A stretch of DNA of 63,881 bases, filler included, from Octopus bimaculoides (GCF_001194135.2; 8 parts of 8 records of this genome joined end to end with filler, not necessarily neighbours in it); one strand, 5' to 3'; shown: positions 11,868 to 25,468, counted from the whole stretch's first letter. Notes: generated by a model not told the origin, from the sequence alone. Made by a program: numbers and translations.

Positions 11868-13689
11868 GTTTCCACTCATAAACGCATGCTAAGACAAATT
11901 TAGCTTCTACTGATGTAGAAAACCAGTAATAGAAAATTTCTGATATTGGAATTAGCCGAAGAGATATTCATCGAAATGGACTGATACCACAGTTTAGAAG
12001 GCTCTCAATTTTACGGTTGCTTTATATATGAAATGCAGATTGCAGTTTTGAATACTATTTTCGTCGCTAATAATCAATTTCTTTTCAGCTTTTCAGCTAA
12101 TTGCGACATTGGGGATTTTTCTATCATTGTTTTTCTATATGAGAAGATGCCAAATTTGTTCCACCATATGGCTTCTCGTAGATACTGGCTCCTGAGGTCT
12201 CACAAAGAAGCAGAAATACGTATTAGGAATGGCACTACGCTTACTGCAAGTATTTTGAATGCTATTGGTATATGCCTATGTTTTTTAACACCGTCTCTAA
12301 GAAAAGCTTTCTCGAATCCAATACTGCAGTTTTCTGACTTTCAACAATATATCTGCTTTAATATAATATACATATTGCAATTATTTTTAATATCAATACT
12401 AGAGCACATCTAAAACTTGTAAACTACAACAGCTAACCCTTAGAATATTTGCTATTGCACGTATATAAAAATAGAAAACCAGAGAAGTAGACTAGAAACA
12501 ATATAAATAAATAATATAAATAATATTATCGAAAAATGTTGGACAGAATCCCGGGAGAAACCGATCGAATACCAAATACGATATCAACCCAAAATATACA
12601 AAAATATATGATCTGTTAACGATATCGACAAATTACTAATTAAGGAATATTTGTGGAATAATATCTATACAACTAATTACACTATACAAACATCATTTCC
12701 TTGACTAATTACATATAATAATATAAATAAAGCATGAAAGCAACTAAGTAAATATATTTTACAGGAATGTGACATTTTTTTAATCTGACAGAACATATTC
12801 ATCGTAGATCTGAAATATTAGTATTCGTGTCTTCTTACAAACAGGATATTATCAAAATTGAAAGGAAGCCAATCTTCATACAATCTACCAATTTCTATAA
12901 CATTTCAGTGATAAATTTTTTATACCGATAGACAATCAACATCCTAAAATTTATTCCGCAGCAAATGATTAAGAAATTTATACCAACACAAGAAATAAAT
13001 ACTTAACATGAAACTCAAAGGAGCTTTGCATGATTTGAAAAATAACGACATTTTAATATTTAACAATGGAAAGAGTGATATGTTTGTGATTACGAATAGA
13101 GAGAAAGGTATTGCAACAGTTACAATTTTACTAGCGGACAAAAGAGAAATTTATAAGGATTCAGACATAGCCAGAACAAAACTAGAATATTCACCTCACT
13201 TGCTTTTAGTTCTGAATTCTGCAAAGCACCTTGGAGCTGAATTGAGAAGTACTTTAGTCAAAAGGGGATGATGTAATATCTATGAATGGGGAGAATTAGA
13301 CCATTATATGGAGCACTATCTTGCCATGTTTCTTCTTCCCAACTAATGCTGCAGAAAAGGAATTGCAAAGTTTAATAAAAATGCAAAGTAATATCTAATG
13401 AAATGGGAAAATTTATATTATCATTACACTTCAAACAATCGAAGAAGATAGCGGCACGTTATTCATAAATAAACCATAATAAATTAAACACAGCAAAGAA
13501 CGTAGGAGTAATATCTCGTTGCAATATTGAAATGGTGAAACAATAGAAACTATATCAACTAATGTCTAGATATATCTAAAAACTATTTTTACCTTTGGCA
13601 CAAGACCAGCAATTCTGTAGGGAGGAGAAACATCAATTACATCGGCCCAGGCAGTATTTGCACTCAGAACATAGAGTCGAATAAAACGC

Positions 13690-13772
13690 GAAAAATTTTA
13701 CCAGCTAATCGAAAAATGTTACCAGGTAATCGAAAAATTTTACCAGGTAATCGAAAAATTTTAGCAGCTCAC
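13690..13772. repeat. 21-bp tandem repeat x4 (gaaaaattttaccaggtaatc)
   Basis: Head-to-tail units, no spacers. Confidence 0.9.
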
Positions 13773-13785
13773 ATCTTACAAATGC

Positions 13786-14000
13786 TTTCTACCATAGGTT
13801 CAAGGCCATAAATTTAGGAAGAGTGGTAAGTCGATTGCATAGACCCCCAGTGTTCAACTGGTATTCACTTCATCGACTCTGAAAGAAAAAGAAAGCAACT
13901 CAACCTCGGCGGAATTTGAACTCAGAGCATAGAGTGTGACGGAATGCTGTATGCATTTTCTCCAGCGTGATAACTATTCTGCAAAATCGCTGTCTTTCCT
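13786..14000 (-). mobile_element. SINE family C (Meta/MESC-like central domain) interrupting the PLE; further fragment 13596-13672
   Basis: cctcggcggaatttgaactcag signature shared with other copies. Confidence 0.75.
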
Positions 14001-15462
14001 ACTTCACGAATAGCTAATAATATAAATACCCAATATATCTACTAAAATATTGAAGATATCATTACGATTCTGTGCAAGACAAATACACTTTCGTTGTGCA
14101 CACTCGTATCATGCAATAGGAGTTACTCACAAGGACAATTATAAAATTATTAGGATGCTGTTATGATATTTCCCCACTTATCCTCCACTTTGTGGAGCTC
14201 TGCGAGACTACATGAGAAATCAATGTGGTATCAAGGCATGGATGCGGATGATATAATCAATATTACACTCACACTCACCAAAAGTTAGCACAAAGTTACA
14301 TTTCAACAAGACATGCTGTTACAAATATAAGACATAGCAATAAAAAAAAATGACTTAATTTCTTGATATAAAGAGTTAAATACAAAATAGCACATTCATC
14401 ACGAGATTCTACACCAGAAATATAAGCAAAATGTCTATACTTATGTGAGGACACCGAATCTCCACAGAGATACAAAATATCTGTCGACAAATCTCTAGTT
14501 AGAAGAACATTTAGATATTCCCCTACGGTCGATGTATAGATAAATATGTCTGCAGAATAAAACAAATATTAATGAATAACTATTCTACTAAATTAGTAGA
14601 CCAAGAAATAGAACAATTTAGCTAGAAATATAAAGCAATAAATGCAGCAGAAACGACACCAATTAGAAATAATCACACAGGAATCAAAATCATACTATCT
14701 ATAGAATATAGAAGCACATTATCAAAAAGGTTATAAAACACAACACAAAAATCACTGCACCAAACGATCAGTAAACATAATGATATATTAGAAAGACACT
14801 AAAATTCAAACCTTGCTCATCAATAACAAACCACAAGCCTACAAGCCCACGAACAAGTTATTAATGGCCGGCAGGAGTTACAAATTTGAATGCAAACGTA
14901 AAATTTGTAAACGTCATGACTCCACCTGTTATATTGACCGTACAGTTTCGACTTTCCACTGCCAGTTCACTCTGCAATGCACTACATCACACAACATAAA
15001 AGAAAACTTGATAGGAAAACATTAAAACAAAATACATCTATCATATACAGATTTCCTCACAACAAAAGACATTAATGATGATGGGAACTCATGCTCATAA
15101 CAGAGTACAAAACATATAGCAAAACACAGAACAGACATTAATCAAACTTCCTGAATGTTAAAGTATAAATATAACTGACAGACATTAGGCCTACCTTTAC
15201 TATACTACAAAAAAGTTGGTTCTGTCTACGATCAGGCAGCAGGAACGTGCCAACACTACTTCATATCGAAGATGGTCTTGAAAGTTTGACACAAACTTCT
15301 ATGCTTCCCTAAATATAAATGTCTACAGACACACGCATACGCACACACACACACACGCACGCGCACACATACGCACAAACACACACACACCTATACACAC
15401 ATACACATATATATGCACATACATTTATGTATGTTTACATCTACACACACACACACATACAC

Positions 15463-15529
<67 letters not shown>

Positions 15530-15945
15530 GAATAAAATCCAACGTATGTGAATCTGTATGCATATATGCATATAGATACGTACACACACATTAAAACATA
15601 CTTGTATTTAGACATACATTTTCCATTCCACCATACATACATACATACATACACATATACATACGTATATATACATAGAAATGCGCAACATTGATGCTAG
15701 GCTTTTTTGTTAGCTTATATATGCGTGTGCGAGTGTTTATGAGTTCTTATGGGCGAGTGTGTGTCAGTGTGTGTGTGTGTGTGTGTGTATGTGTGTGCAT
15801 CCCTTATGCATCTGCATAGTTTCTGGACATTATATTGTTTCTGTCCATTATACTGTACCAGTGGTTGAAATTTGTTATTGGTGCACCCAGAATTATATTG
15901 AGGTAAATAAAATATAATTTATTTAATAATATATTGTACGGAAGT

Positions 15946-16150
15946 CTGCGATCTGGCAGACACGTTAGCTCTCCTGGTGAAATGTCATGCAGTCTTTATT
16001 TTCTGAGTTCAAATTCAGCCGAGGTCGACTTTGCCTTTCATCCTTTCGGGGTCGATAATTTAAGTACCAATTGCGTACTGAGATTGATATAATCGCCTGA
16101 CCCACCTCCCACAAATTTTTAGGCCTTGTACCTACAGTAGAAAAGAATAA
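15946..16150 (+). mobile_element. SINE family C (Meta/MESC-like)
   Basis: gagttcaaattcagccgaggtcgactttgcctttcatcctttcggggtcgataatttaagtacc; resembles the Meta/MESC SINE domain as I recall it. Confidence 0.85.
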
Positions 16151-16349
16151 CATATTGTATGTTTTCTTTTCTCATTATCTTCTGTATTTACATAAGTACA
16201 TAACATACATGCTTATATATCTTCAAAAATCGTACACTGTGACAAACAGCACGCTTACACGTGAATACAGGCATATTTATATAAGGAATAGTGGTGAAAT
16301 ATTCTTATTTATAAATCTACGAAATGAAAGCATATCTTGCATAATATAG

Positions 16350-16900
16350 AATATTATATAAGTTAGTGTACTTTTCTGAAGGGAAATTTGTGACGTTTCG
16401 TAAAATGACATTCTTCAGTGATGGAGTTACTGACCTGTAAATGTCGCCAAGCATATTATTATTCTTTAAGAACATTTATCTTCTTGATTATTCAAAAGGA
16501 GCATCTGGTAGAGGATTTTTGAGATGACCCTGTTGAGTGTCACAGTGATTCGGAGTGGAAGTGGGGGATATATGCTTAAAACCATGCAGCTATGCAGCGA
16601 TAGCGAATGGTAATCAAAGAGGCCAAGGTTTGAAAAGTTAGAAATGCAACTGACAACGAGGTAGCACAGAGAGACGAAAATCCTCTGTGAAGACGGAGCA
16701 AACATCACACACGCGCAGCGTGAGAACGCACACATATGTGGGTGGGGAATGTATAGTAGTTTCAGAGTGCTAATACGGTGAGTTGCATTTCATGAAAGAA
16801 TGTAAATATAAAAAGCATAAAAATAAAGTCAAAACTCGCTGAAGATGTAGATTTTCCACAACGTCGGATAATTTTCATAAAAGTAGTGCACCAAGTGAAG
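16350..16900. repeat. Old inverted pair with decayed HHR cores (16392-16418 minus; 16839-16865 plus)
   Basis: Minus CTGAAGA-atgtcattttac-GAAACGTC vs plus CTGAAGA-tgtagattttccaca-ACGTC; flanks share aattt..aaaagta..cac.aa. Confidence 0.5.
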
Positions 16901-16930
16901 TAATTTACTTTTTATATTAATAAACACAAT

Positions 16931-17362
16931 AAGGCAGCGAGCTTCCAGAATCGTTAGTACGCCAAGCGAAATGCTTAACGGCATTTCATCCGTTTTTGCG
17001 ATCTGAATTCAAATTCCGCTGGGGTCGACGACACTTTTCAGTCTGTCGGTGTCGATAAAATAAGTATCAGTGGAGTACTGTGATCGACTATTCCCCTGTT
17101 CTAGAATTTCAGGCTTTGTGCTTATAGTAAAAAGGATATTGACAAAGACAATAAGGCGGTGAGCTGACAGAATTGTTAGCACGCAAGGCGATATGCTTAT
17201 CGACATTTTGTCCGTCAATATATTCTGGCCTCAAATTCCGCCGAGGTCGATGTTGCCTTTTATCTTTTCAGGGTGGGTAAAGCAATTACAAGTTGAGAAC
17301 TGGGATCGATTTAACCCCTCCCCAGAAAGAGCTGGCCTTGTGCCAAAATTTTAAAATATATT
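16931..17362 (+). mobile_element. Two tandem SINE family C copies (16931-17140, 17153-17362)
   Basis: Both start aaggc.g.gagct..cagaat.gttag and carry the central domain. Confidence 0.85.
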
Positions 17363-18043
17363 AGCAAATACAATCTTGGCCGACGACTTCTACCAGCAAT
17401 CTTCAAGGCTTCTGGCTTTATGTGTTTCTTCTGCTCACTTGATGTGTTAATGTTGTTTCTACGGCAAGAAAGATAAAAAGGCAATTTCAAAAGCATCTTG
17501 TTATCTTGAAGTACATTTATCTCACCGCTAAATTGCAAAGGAAGGCAGAGATGAGTATCGCTTGATTTAATCCTAGCGATTCGGAAAAATGTTTTATTCA
17601 CAGTATCTCACCAACTGCAAACCGCCATCTATGTATTTATATATATACATACATATATACTACACACACATACATATATATATACATACATGTATATATA
17701 TATGCAGTAATATATACATATGTGTCACTAGTATATATGCATTTATATACATATGTATATACATGTTGTATATACACATATACGCACATATACGTACATA
17801 TATATATATATATANNNNNNNNNNNNNNNNNNNNNNNNNNNNNNNNNNNNNNNNNNNNNNNNNNNNNNNNNNNNNNNNNNNNNNNNNNNNNNNNNNNNNN
17901 NNNNNNNNNNNNNNNNNNNNNNNNNNNNNNNNNNNNNNNNNNNNNNNNNNNNNNNNNNNNNNNNNNNNNNNNNNNNNNNNNNNNNNNNNNNNNNNNNNNN
18001 NNNNNNNNNNNNNNNNNNNNNNNNNNNNNNNNNNNNNNNNNNN

Positions 18044-18955
18044 GTTATCTATGACTTCCTTCCATCTATTTAGAAGCTTTTTAATCCGATCAATGTAAAC
18101 TTCTTTTGGATTCAAAGCGAAGATCTCTGAAATATCAGTTTCGACCTCCTCCCGGCTTGTGAAGGTCGGGAGAATAAGGTGAATGAGGAATTTTTTCCCT
18201 ACCAAGCTCTTCGATCGGCTGTCATGTGATCTTTTTAGTGTGGGGTCGTGCATTATCCTGATGAAACATCAGTACTTTTCGATTCATTAAAGCGGGTCCT
18301 TTTGTCTTCAAAGCTTCGTTCAAACACTCTAATTGCTGACAGTAGACTTGAGCATTGATTGTTGCGTTAGGTTGTAACAATTCAAAGCAAATTACTCCTT
18401 TGCAATCCCACGAGATAGAGAGAAGAAACTTTTCTCCATGAAGTTCCCTTCTCGGTTATGGTTGAGACATTTCCCCTTTCCCAAGCCACTGTTTACGACG
18501 TTTAACATTTCGAAAAAAGTTCCATTCTTCGTCAGCAGTTACATGCCTTTCCAAAAAGGGTGAAATGAGTTCGCGAGAAAGGAGACAAGAGCAGATGTCA
18601 ACTCGGGATTTACGGTTGCTTTCGGACAATTCATGAGGCACCCATTTTCCTAGTTTAGGAACATTTCCAAGTTGTTGAAGATGACGATGAACAGCTGTAT
18701 GGTTTGAACAAAGCTTTATGGCCAATTCTTCAACTGATAATGCAGGATTTTCTTCAAGTAATGCCTCGAGGAGCTTATCATCAAACTCAACTGGACGTTC
18801 TCTTTGATCTTCACCTTCAAGGCTGAAATCTCTATTTCTGAATTTTGCAAATCATCTTCTTCAATTTCTTTCATTCAAGCATTCTTTCCCATAAACTGAG
18901 TGTATATCCCGAGTCGCTTCGGCTACAGAATTTCCTCCTTTGGAGGAGATGTCAT
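18044..18955 (-). pseudogene. Mariner (Tc1/mariner, DD34D-type) transposase pseudogene
   Basis: GNSVAEATRDIHSVYG HTH, GKWVPHEL, VTADEEW, HSPYSPDL, RWKEVIDN; frameshifts and stops; 3' end in gap. Confidence 0.95.
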
Positions 18956-20007
18956 CCTGGGGCTAAAAGCAACAGTAACAGTAACATCCACCCCTAGGGG
19001 TCAGCCACATTTAAGTGGCAATATACTTCACTTTATCATGCAGTTACCGTTAATACCTCATTTAGAGAATTAACATTGCTTATATANNNNNNNNNNNNNN
19101 NNNNNNNNNNNNNNNNNNNNNNNNNNNNNNNNNNNNNNNNNNNNNNNNNNNNNNNNNNNNNNNNNNNNNNNNNNNNNNNNNNNNNNNNNNNNNNNNNNNN
19201 NNNNNNNNNNNNNNNNNNNNNNNNNNNNNNNNNNNNNNNNNNNNNNNNNNNNNNNNNNNNNNNNNNNNNNNNNNNNNNNNNNNNNNNNNNNNNNNNNNNN
19301 NNNNNNNNNNNNNNNNNNNNNNNNNNNNNNNNNNNNNNNNNNNNNNNNNATATATATAAATTAGAAATGAATCATACATTGAATAAAGTAATCCTAGACA
19401 CTAAAAGATTGGATGACCATACATCGGTTTACACGATTCAGTACTACTAAACAGTTAACTAAAATCCGATCACCATTCGCACTCCACTCCTACATATTAT
19501 ATTTCAAGCTTCTATATCTCTCATTGAAATCTTCGTCCAATCATCTCTAATCAGAACAACAAATGTCTAGAGGCTATCCATGCTCTGGTTACCGATGTTT
19601 ATATTGACTATTTGCAATATATATATTACTGTTGTTTGAGCCGAGCGTGCCTATAGGTCAAAGCACCTCTGGCTATGAAATTATAGGCCCCATTTATATG
19701 TCCCAGTCTTAATTGCTATTTAGTATTTGTGACACATCTTCCGGACATTGAGATGATCTAGCAAAGCAAAGAATTTACATTCTATTGACTTTCGTATCCT
19801 CCATTAGTGTAAGCTGCACACACGCACACACATACATGTATGATGCACAGAATGTATGACACACAGAAAAGCATACACACACGGGCACAAACAAAGACGT
19901 GCGCGCGCACACACACAAACAACGGCGCAAATGTAGAAATGCTTCAAGAAGAAGCCATTGGGTTGTATCATAGCTCCATATATATGTGTGTGTGCGTGTG
20001 TGTGTGG

Positions 20008-20042
<35 letters not shown>

Positions 20043-20086
20043 NNNNNNNNNNNNNNNNNNNNNNNNNNNNNNNNNNNNNNNNNNNN

Positions 20087-20098
20087 TTAATTAATTAA
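20087..20098. other. Assembly linker TTAATTAATTAA in a 100-bp gap (also 39182, 46559, 55450, 57727, 59781, 62494)
   Basis: Identical palindromic six-frame-stop 12-mer, centred between two 44-N runs in the copies counted. Confidence 0.97.
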
Positions 20099-20142
20099 NN
20101 NNNNNNNNNNNNNNNNNNNNNNNNNNNNNNNNNNNNNNNNNN

Positions 20143-20195
<53 letters not shown>

Positions 20196-20393
20196 CATAG
20201 AAGCTTTTGCCTAATGATTACATGGAAAACGTAAAGTGTCTCTTACATAAAAATCTAAACTCGCATCTGTGTTTTCGAATGGTGTGAAAAATAATGTTCG
20301 CTTTGTTTATTGTGGCCTTAAGTATTATCACAAATGTTTTATATGTAATTCACTTCTAAAATAGCTGCCATTTATGTGATATACACATATGAC

Positions 20394-20422
<29 letters not shown>

Positions 20423-20424
<2 letters not shown>

Positions 20425-21207
20425 AGCATACCTCGGGTTAAGTCGTTTCGATTTAAGGTGTTTTCGATTATACGTCGGTTTTCAATAATAACATATGGAA
20501 AGATAAAAATCAAGTTAAGTCATTCTACTCGACTTTACGTTTGTCCGCCACAAATATTGGAATCATAAAATCACTAGAAAACCGTTTAAAGCATATAAAA
20601 TCCTGTTACTGTACAATAAATAATCATAAAAGTATATAAAATCATATTAAAATACATACAGTAAATGTTAAGATAGACACCGTAAAGTAGTGTAGCTTAG
20701 TGAACGAAATCATGAAAGCAGCCGTGTTGTCTTATTTATCGGTCTTTCGGAGCTCATATTGCACTGTAGTTCCAATATCTACCGTTAGGCGTCGTTGTCA
20801 CTCGTGATTCCCGCGATTGTTTTGAATTCAGATTTGTTTACGTCTGTTTATCGGCTGCTTTCTCATACTCATTTATTTGTGACTTTATTTTTTATGACCT
20901 CATGATTCCCAAGAAAATTCATAGTGAAAGTGCTAAGCGTCATACTTTAATGCTGGAAGATAAACCGGCTGTCTTAAAACACCATGAAAAAGGTGAAAAA
21001 AGTGGTAGCAATTGCACGATCATTTTGGATGAGTCGGACAACTGCACCGACGATTGTACATAATAAGGACAAGATTCTAGCACAAATCAAATCTGAAGCT
21101 CCAGGGATGAAGAACACTGTCATCAATAGGTTCCGCCTAGAGACAAGTAAATTCGACTTAAGTCGTGTCTCCTGGAACCAATAAACGACAAAGGGTGAAG
21201 TATGTTG
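20423..21207 (+). mobile_element. Internally deleted Tigger/pogo element retaining the N-terminal CENP-B-type HTH
   Basis: Left TIR CAAGCATACCTCG, decayed right TIR TGAAGTATGTTG followed by TA; ATG 20902 MIPKK..KRHTLMLEDK..EKG / frameshift / VVAIARSFWMSRTTAPTIVHNKDKI. Confidence 0.8.
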
Positions 21208-21210
21208 TAT

Positions 21211-21865
21211 ACTCTTTTACTCTTTTACTCTTTTACTTGTTTCAGTCATTTGACTGCGGCCATGCTGGAACACCGCCTTTAGTCGAGCAAATCGACCCCA
21301 GGACTTATTCTTTGGAAGCCTAGTACTTATTCTATCGGTCTCCTTTTGCCGAACCGCTAAGTTANNNNNNNNNNNNNNNNNNNNNNNNNNNNNNNNNNNN
21401 NNNNNNNNNNNNNNNNNNNNNNNNNNNNNNNNNNNNNNNNNNNNNNNNNNNNNNNNNNNNNNNNNNNNNNNNNNNNNNNNNNNNNNNNNNNNNNNNNNNN
21501 NNNNNNNNNNNNNNNNNNNNNNNNNNNNNNNNNNNNNNNNNNNNNNNNNNNNNNNNNNNNNNNNNNNNNNNNNNNNNNNNNNNNNNNNNNNNNNNNNNNN
21601 NNNNNNNNNNNNNNNNNNNNNNNNNNNNNNNNNNNNNNNNNNNNNNNNNNNNNNNNNNNNNNNNNNNNNNNNNNNNNNATATATATATATATACATATAT
21701 CTGACACAGGCTTCTTTCAGTTTCTGTCTACCAAATCCACTCACAAGGCTTTCGTCACCCCGAGACTATAGTAGAAGACACTTGCCCAAGGTGCCACGCA
21801 GTGGGACTGAACTCGGAACCATGTGATCGGTAAGCAAGCTACTTACCACACAGCCACTCCTGTGC
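21211..21865 (-). mobile_element. SINE family A spanning a gap
   Basis: Head 21705-21865, tail 21211-21364 ending (ctttta)n. Confidence 0.9.
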
Positions 21866-22114
21866 CTATCGTCATCATGTAATAGCCACTTTTCCATGCT
21901 TGCGTGGGTCAATCGGAATTTGTTGAGGCAGACTCTCTGCGGTGGGATGTCACCCTTGCCGCCAACTCTTAGCCCTGTTTCCAAGCGAGGCTATATTACG
22001 CATGCCCAGATATTTTTTTTATTGAAAACTGGATATGAGCAGCATGCTAGTGTACAACTATGACGTGATGTCAAGACAAGGGTACACACAAACATACATG
22101 CATACATTAAGTAC

Positions 22115-22275
22115 GACGGGTTTCATTTAGTTTCCCGTTACCATATCCACTCACAAGGTTTGGGGCACCTTGGGGGTTATAATAAAACCAAAACTTGCCC
22201 AAGGTGCCACGTTATGGGAGTGAACCCAACACCACATAACTGAAAAGCAAGCTTTTTAACCACACTGCTACGCCT
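22115..22275 (-). mobile_element. Older SINE family A head
   Basis: ccactcacaagg...acttgcccaaggtgccacg...gcttttaaccacac. Confidence 0.7.
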
Positions 22276-22362
22276 GGTGTTGCATTTCTATATATTTCAG
22301 CATGATAATCAAATTACATTATTTTATTTCGTATCTACATTAATGTACTGATCAACTATACA

Positions 22363-22408
<46 letters not shown>

Positions 22409-23026
22409 CGAGTGTGAGTGTGTGTGTGTGTGTGTTTGTGGGTAATAAGTTTATTAACTCTACACGTGTTATGTACTTTACACAGTTAATGTCGACGACT
22501 GCATGTATCTAAATTGACATGTATATGTGTGTACAATTNNNNNNNNNNNNNNNNNNNNNNNNNNNNNNNNNNNNNNNNNNNNNNNNNNNNNNNNNNNNNN
22601 NNNNNNNNNNNNNNNNNNNNNNNNNNNNNNNNNNNNNNNNNNNNNNNNNNNNNNNNNNNNNNNNNNNNNNNNNNNNNNNNNNNNNNNNNNNNNNNNNNNN
22701 NNNNNNNNNNNNNNNNNNNNNNNNNNNNNNNNNNNNNNNNNNNNNNNNNNNNNNNNNNNNNNNNNNNNNNNNNNNNNNNNNNNNNNNNNNNNNNNNNNNN
22801 NNNNNNNNNNNNNNNNNNNNNNNNNNNNNNNNNNNNNNNNNNNNNNNNNNNNNNNNNNNNNNNNNNNNNNNNNNNNNNNNNNNNNNNNNNNNNNNNNNNN
22901 NNNNNNNNNNNNNNNNNNNNNNNNNNNNNNNNNNNNNNNNNNNNNNNNNNNNNNNNNNNNNNNNNNNNNNNNNNNNNNNNNNNNNNNNNNNNNNNNNNNN
23001 NNNNNNNNNNNNNNNNNNNNNNNNNN

Positions 23027-23181
23027 GGTGGTGGTGGTGGTGGTGGTGGTGGTGGTGGTGTTGACGAAGCATTTTGTTTTTTTGCTGTTGCTGCCGTTAC
23101 GGTTTGTGATCATGGTTGAAATATCTGTGGTGACATTAATAGTGGAGCTGCTGCTGCTTCTGATGTGGTTTGTGGTCAATA

Positions 23182-23232
<51 letters not shown>

Positions 23233-23300
23233 CAGCAGCAGCAGTACCAGCAGCGGCTAAAGTAGTAGTGTCATTTATTATGGTTTTGTTATTGCTGGAC
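23027..23300. repeat. GGT/AGT/GCA trinucleotide array
   Basis: Visible simple repeats. Confidence 0.9.
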
Positions 23301-23384
23301 TATTATGAATCCCCTGGTCATCCAGATGTAACACATGTGGTCATAATTCTTCTCAATGGTCTTTTACTTACACCATGAGATATG

Positions 23385-24182
23385 CGTTGAGTTTTACTCT
23401 CGAAAGTGTTCACGCTTCGGTACATTGAGAGCATGAACTAAGAAAGTAACTTTTCCGACGACATCGTTTCCAAAATACTGATGTAACACAGCTGACCATC
23501 ATGGTACACATGTGGTCAGCTGACCGACAAATCCTGACCTACAACACCACCTTCCTAGTTATACCAAACCCCTACCCATACTAAAAGCCACGCCAAATTG
23601 CAACGATGAATCATATGCTGCGGTAGTGACAATCTGGACATCTCGTAGTCTCCCTGCTGGTCAGTATATTCCTCTGCGTTTGTAAATTCTGATGGTGACC
23701 AGAACGAAGAAGCTCGAGCTGAATTCATTTCGGGCGCGACTGTTGCTGTTGCTGTGTTCTTATTGTGTACAATCCAACGTAGTGTTTCGGGGACCAATAA
23801 GGCTTTCAAACGGGCCAAATGGATGATACACAAGGATGCTACGAATGGCCCTAAATGTGAAATGGCAGCAACATATGATAAACGAATGCTTTTATGGAGA
23901 CCTGCCGAAAGTTAGAGAGATCAAGCAAAGACGGCTGTGACTATCTGATCAGTGTGTGTGTCATCCTGAACTGGAAGCATCAATTAGTCTTGTGGAACTA
24001 ATTTCCTAGTGATGCAAGAAGAGGAAAACGTCGTCACACTTACATCGACAACTTGATTGCAGACACGGGCCTGGAGTGTATCCAGGGCCTCGAGGTAGTG
24101 ACGATGGACCGAGAAGTGTGGCGGGTAGACTTTGTTGCTGCGGCCCGGGTTGAAACTCGGCCATAATAATGATAATAATAAA
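23385..24182 (+). pseudogene. RTE/RTEX-type LINE, RT and 3' end, decayed
   Basis: FSDDI (23451-23465, decayed FADD); YTRMLRMALNVKWQQH..YGDLPKV..RRL; TYIDNLIADTGL..MDREVWR; (TAA)-rich tail. Confidence 0.85.
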
Positions 24183-25468
24183 GTTATTGATGTTGCAGTT
24201 GTTTCTGTGAGGAGACTAAATGGGAGATCTAAACGATGAAAAAGGAGCTTCAAGATCGCTTCGGTGGTACATAATCTTAGGCTTCTCATATGAACTCAAA
24301 GCATATCTCATGGTGCAAGTAAAAGACCATAGAGAAGATTTACGGACATATTCCACCCATCTTTACTAATATTACTCAACTCAAGGTAGTCTTTACTGGC
24401 CAATGCTATCGCACAAAACAGTAGGGTATATCGGATGTTATATCTCGGCGATTTCCGAACCCTGATAAAGGACGTAGCCTTGTTAACGCACAAATAAAGT
24501 CTCGCTGTTCGATATTAGCGTATATATATATATATATNNNNNNNNNNNNNNNNNNNNNNNNNNNNNNNNNNNNNNNNNNNNNNNNNNNNNNNNNNNNNNN
24601 NNNNNNNNNNNNNNNNNNNNNNNNNNNNNNNNNNNNNNNNNNNNNNNNNNNNNNNNNNNNNNNNNNNNNNNNNNNNNNNNNNNNNNNNNNNNNNNNNNNN
24701 NNNNNNNNNNNNNNNNNNNNNNNNNNNNNNNNNNNNNNNNNNNNNNNNNNNNNNNNNNNNNNNNNNNNNNNNNNNNNNNNNNNNNNNNNNNNNNNNNNNN
24801 NNNNNNNNNNNNNNNNNNNNNNNNNNNNNNNNNNNNNNNNNNNNNNNNNNNNNNNNNNNNNNNNNNNNNNNNNNNNNNNNNNNNNNNNNNNNNNNNNNNN
24901 NNNNNNNNNNNNNNNNNNNNNNNNNNNNNNNNNNNNNNNNNNNNNNNNNNNNNNNNNNNNNNNNNNNNNNNNNNNNNNNNNNNNNNNNNNNNNNNNNNNN
25001 NNNNNNNNNNNNNNNNNNNNNNNNNNNNNNNNNNNNNNNNNNNNNNNNNNNNNNNNNNNNNNNNNNNNNNNNNNNNNNNNNNNNNNNNNNNNNNNNNNNN
25101 NNNNNNNNNNNNNNNNNNNNNNNNNNNNNNNNNNNNNNNNNNNNNNNNNNNNNNNNNNNNNNNNNNNNNNNNNNNNNNNNNNNNNNNNNNNNTTACTCCT
25201 TGTTTACAATTTCATAACTTTGATACTTCCAATTCTTCAAACTATTCTTCTATAAGACATTTCGGTAGCTTTGGTGATGCTCTGTTGTTACTACTAATGG
25301 TAACCGGCCTGTGACAGAGATCGGGTGGGATCACGGTGGAGATTTTCTCACATATCCGATAATCCCTGTACTCAAAAGCCGATAAAATCCCCTGAACCTG
25401 AAAACAGGTATTTAGGAAGTAAAAATTTACCACCACTCATTCATACGCATACATACATCCATAAACAC

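Larger units (their letters stand above)
12760..15303 (+). pseudogene. Near full-length decayed Penelope-like element (RT + GIY-YIG)
   Basis: In order: FNLTEH; LHDLKNNDILIFNNGKSDMFVITNRE (13008 ORF); ETIETISTNV; DADDI at 14241-14255 (decayed YVDD); NFLDI; RYKISVDKSLVRRTF; IKQILMNNYSTKLVDQEI; SYKFECKRKICKRHDSTCYIDRT (14813 ORF); decayed HHR at 15262-15303. Confidence 0.8.

Noticed and set aside
13690-13772. 21-bp repeats as a CRISPR-like array
   Set aside because: Contiguous units without spacers, eukaryotic context, no cas genes.
17311-17601. 96-aa minus-strand ORF as a host exon
   Set aside because: Runs into a SINE, no recognisable motif or splice signals.
24462-24490. CTGATAA-AGG..CCT HHR-like motif
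   Set aside because: Core altered and no GAAA or stem III.
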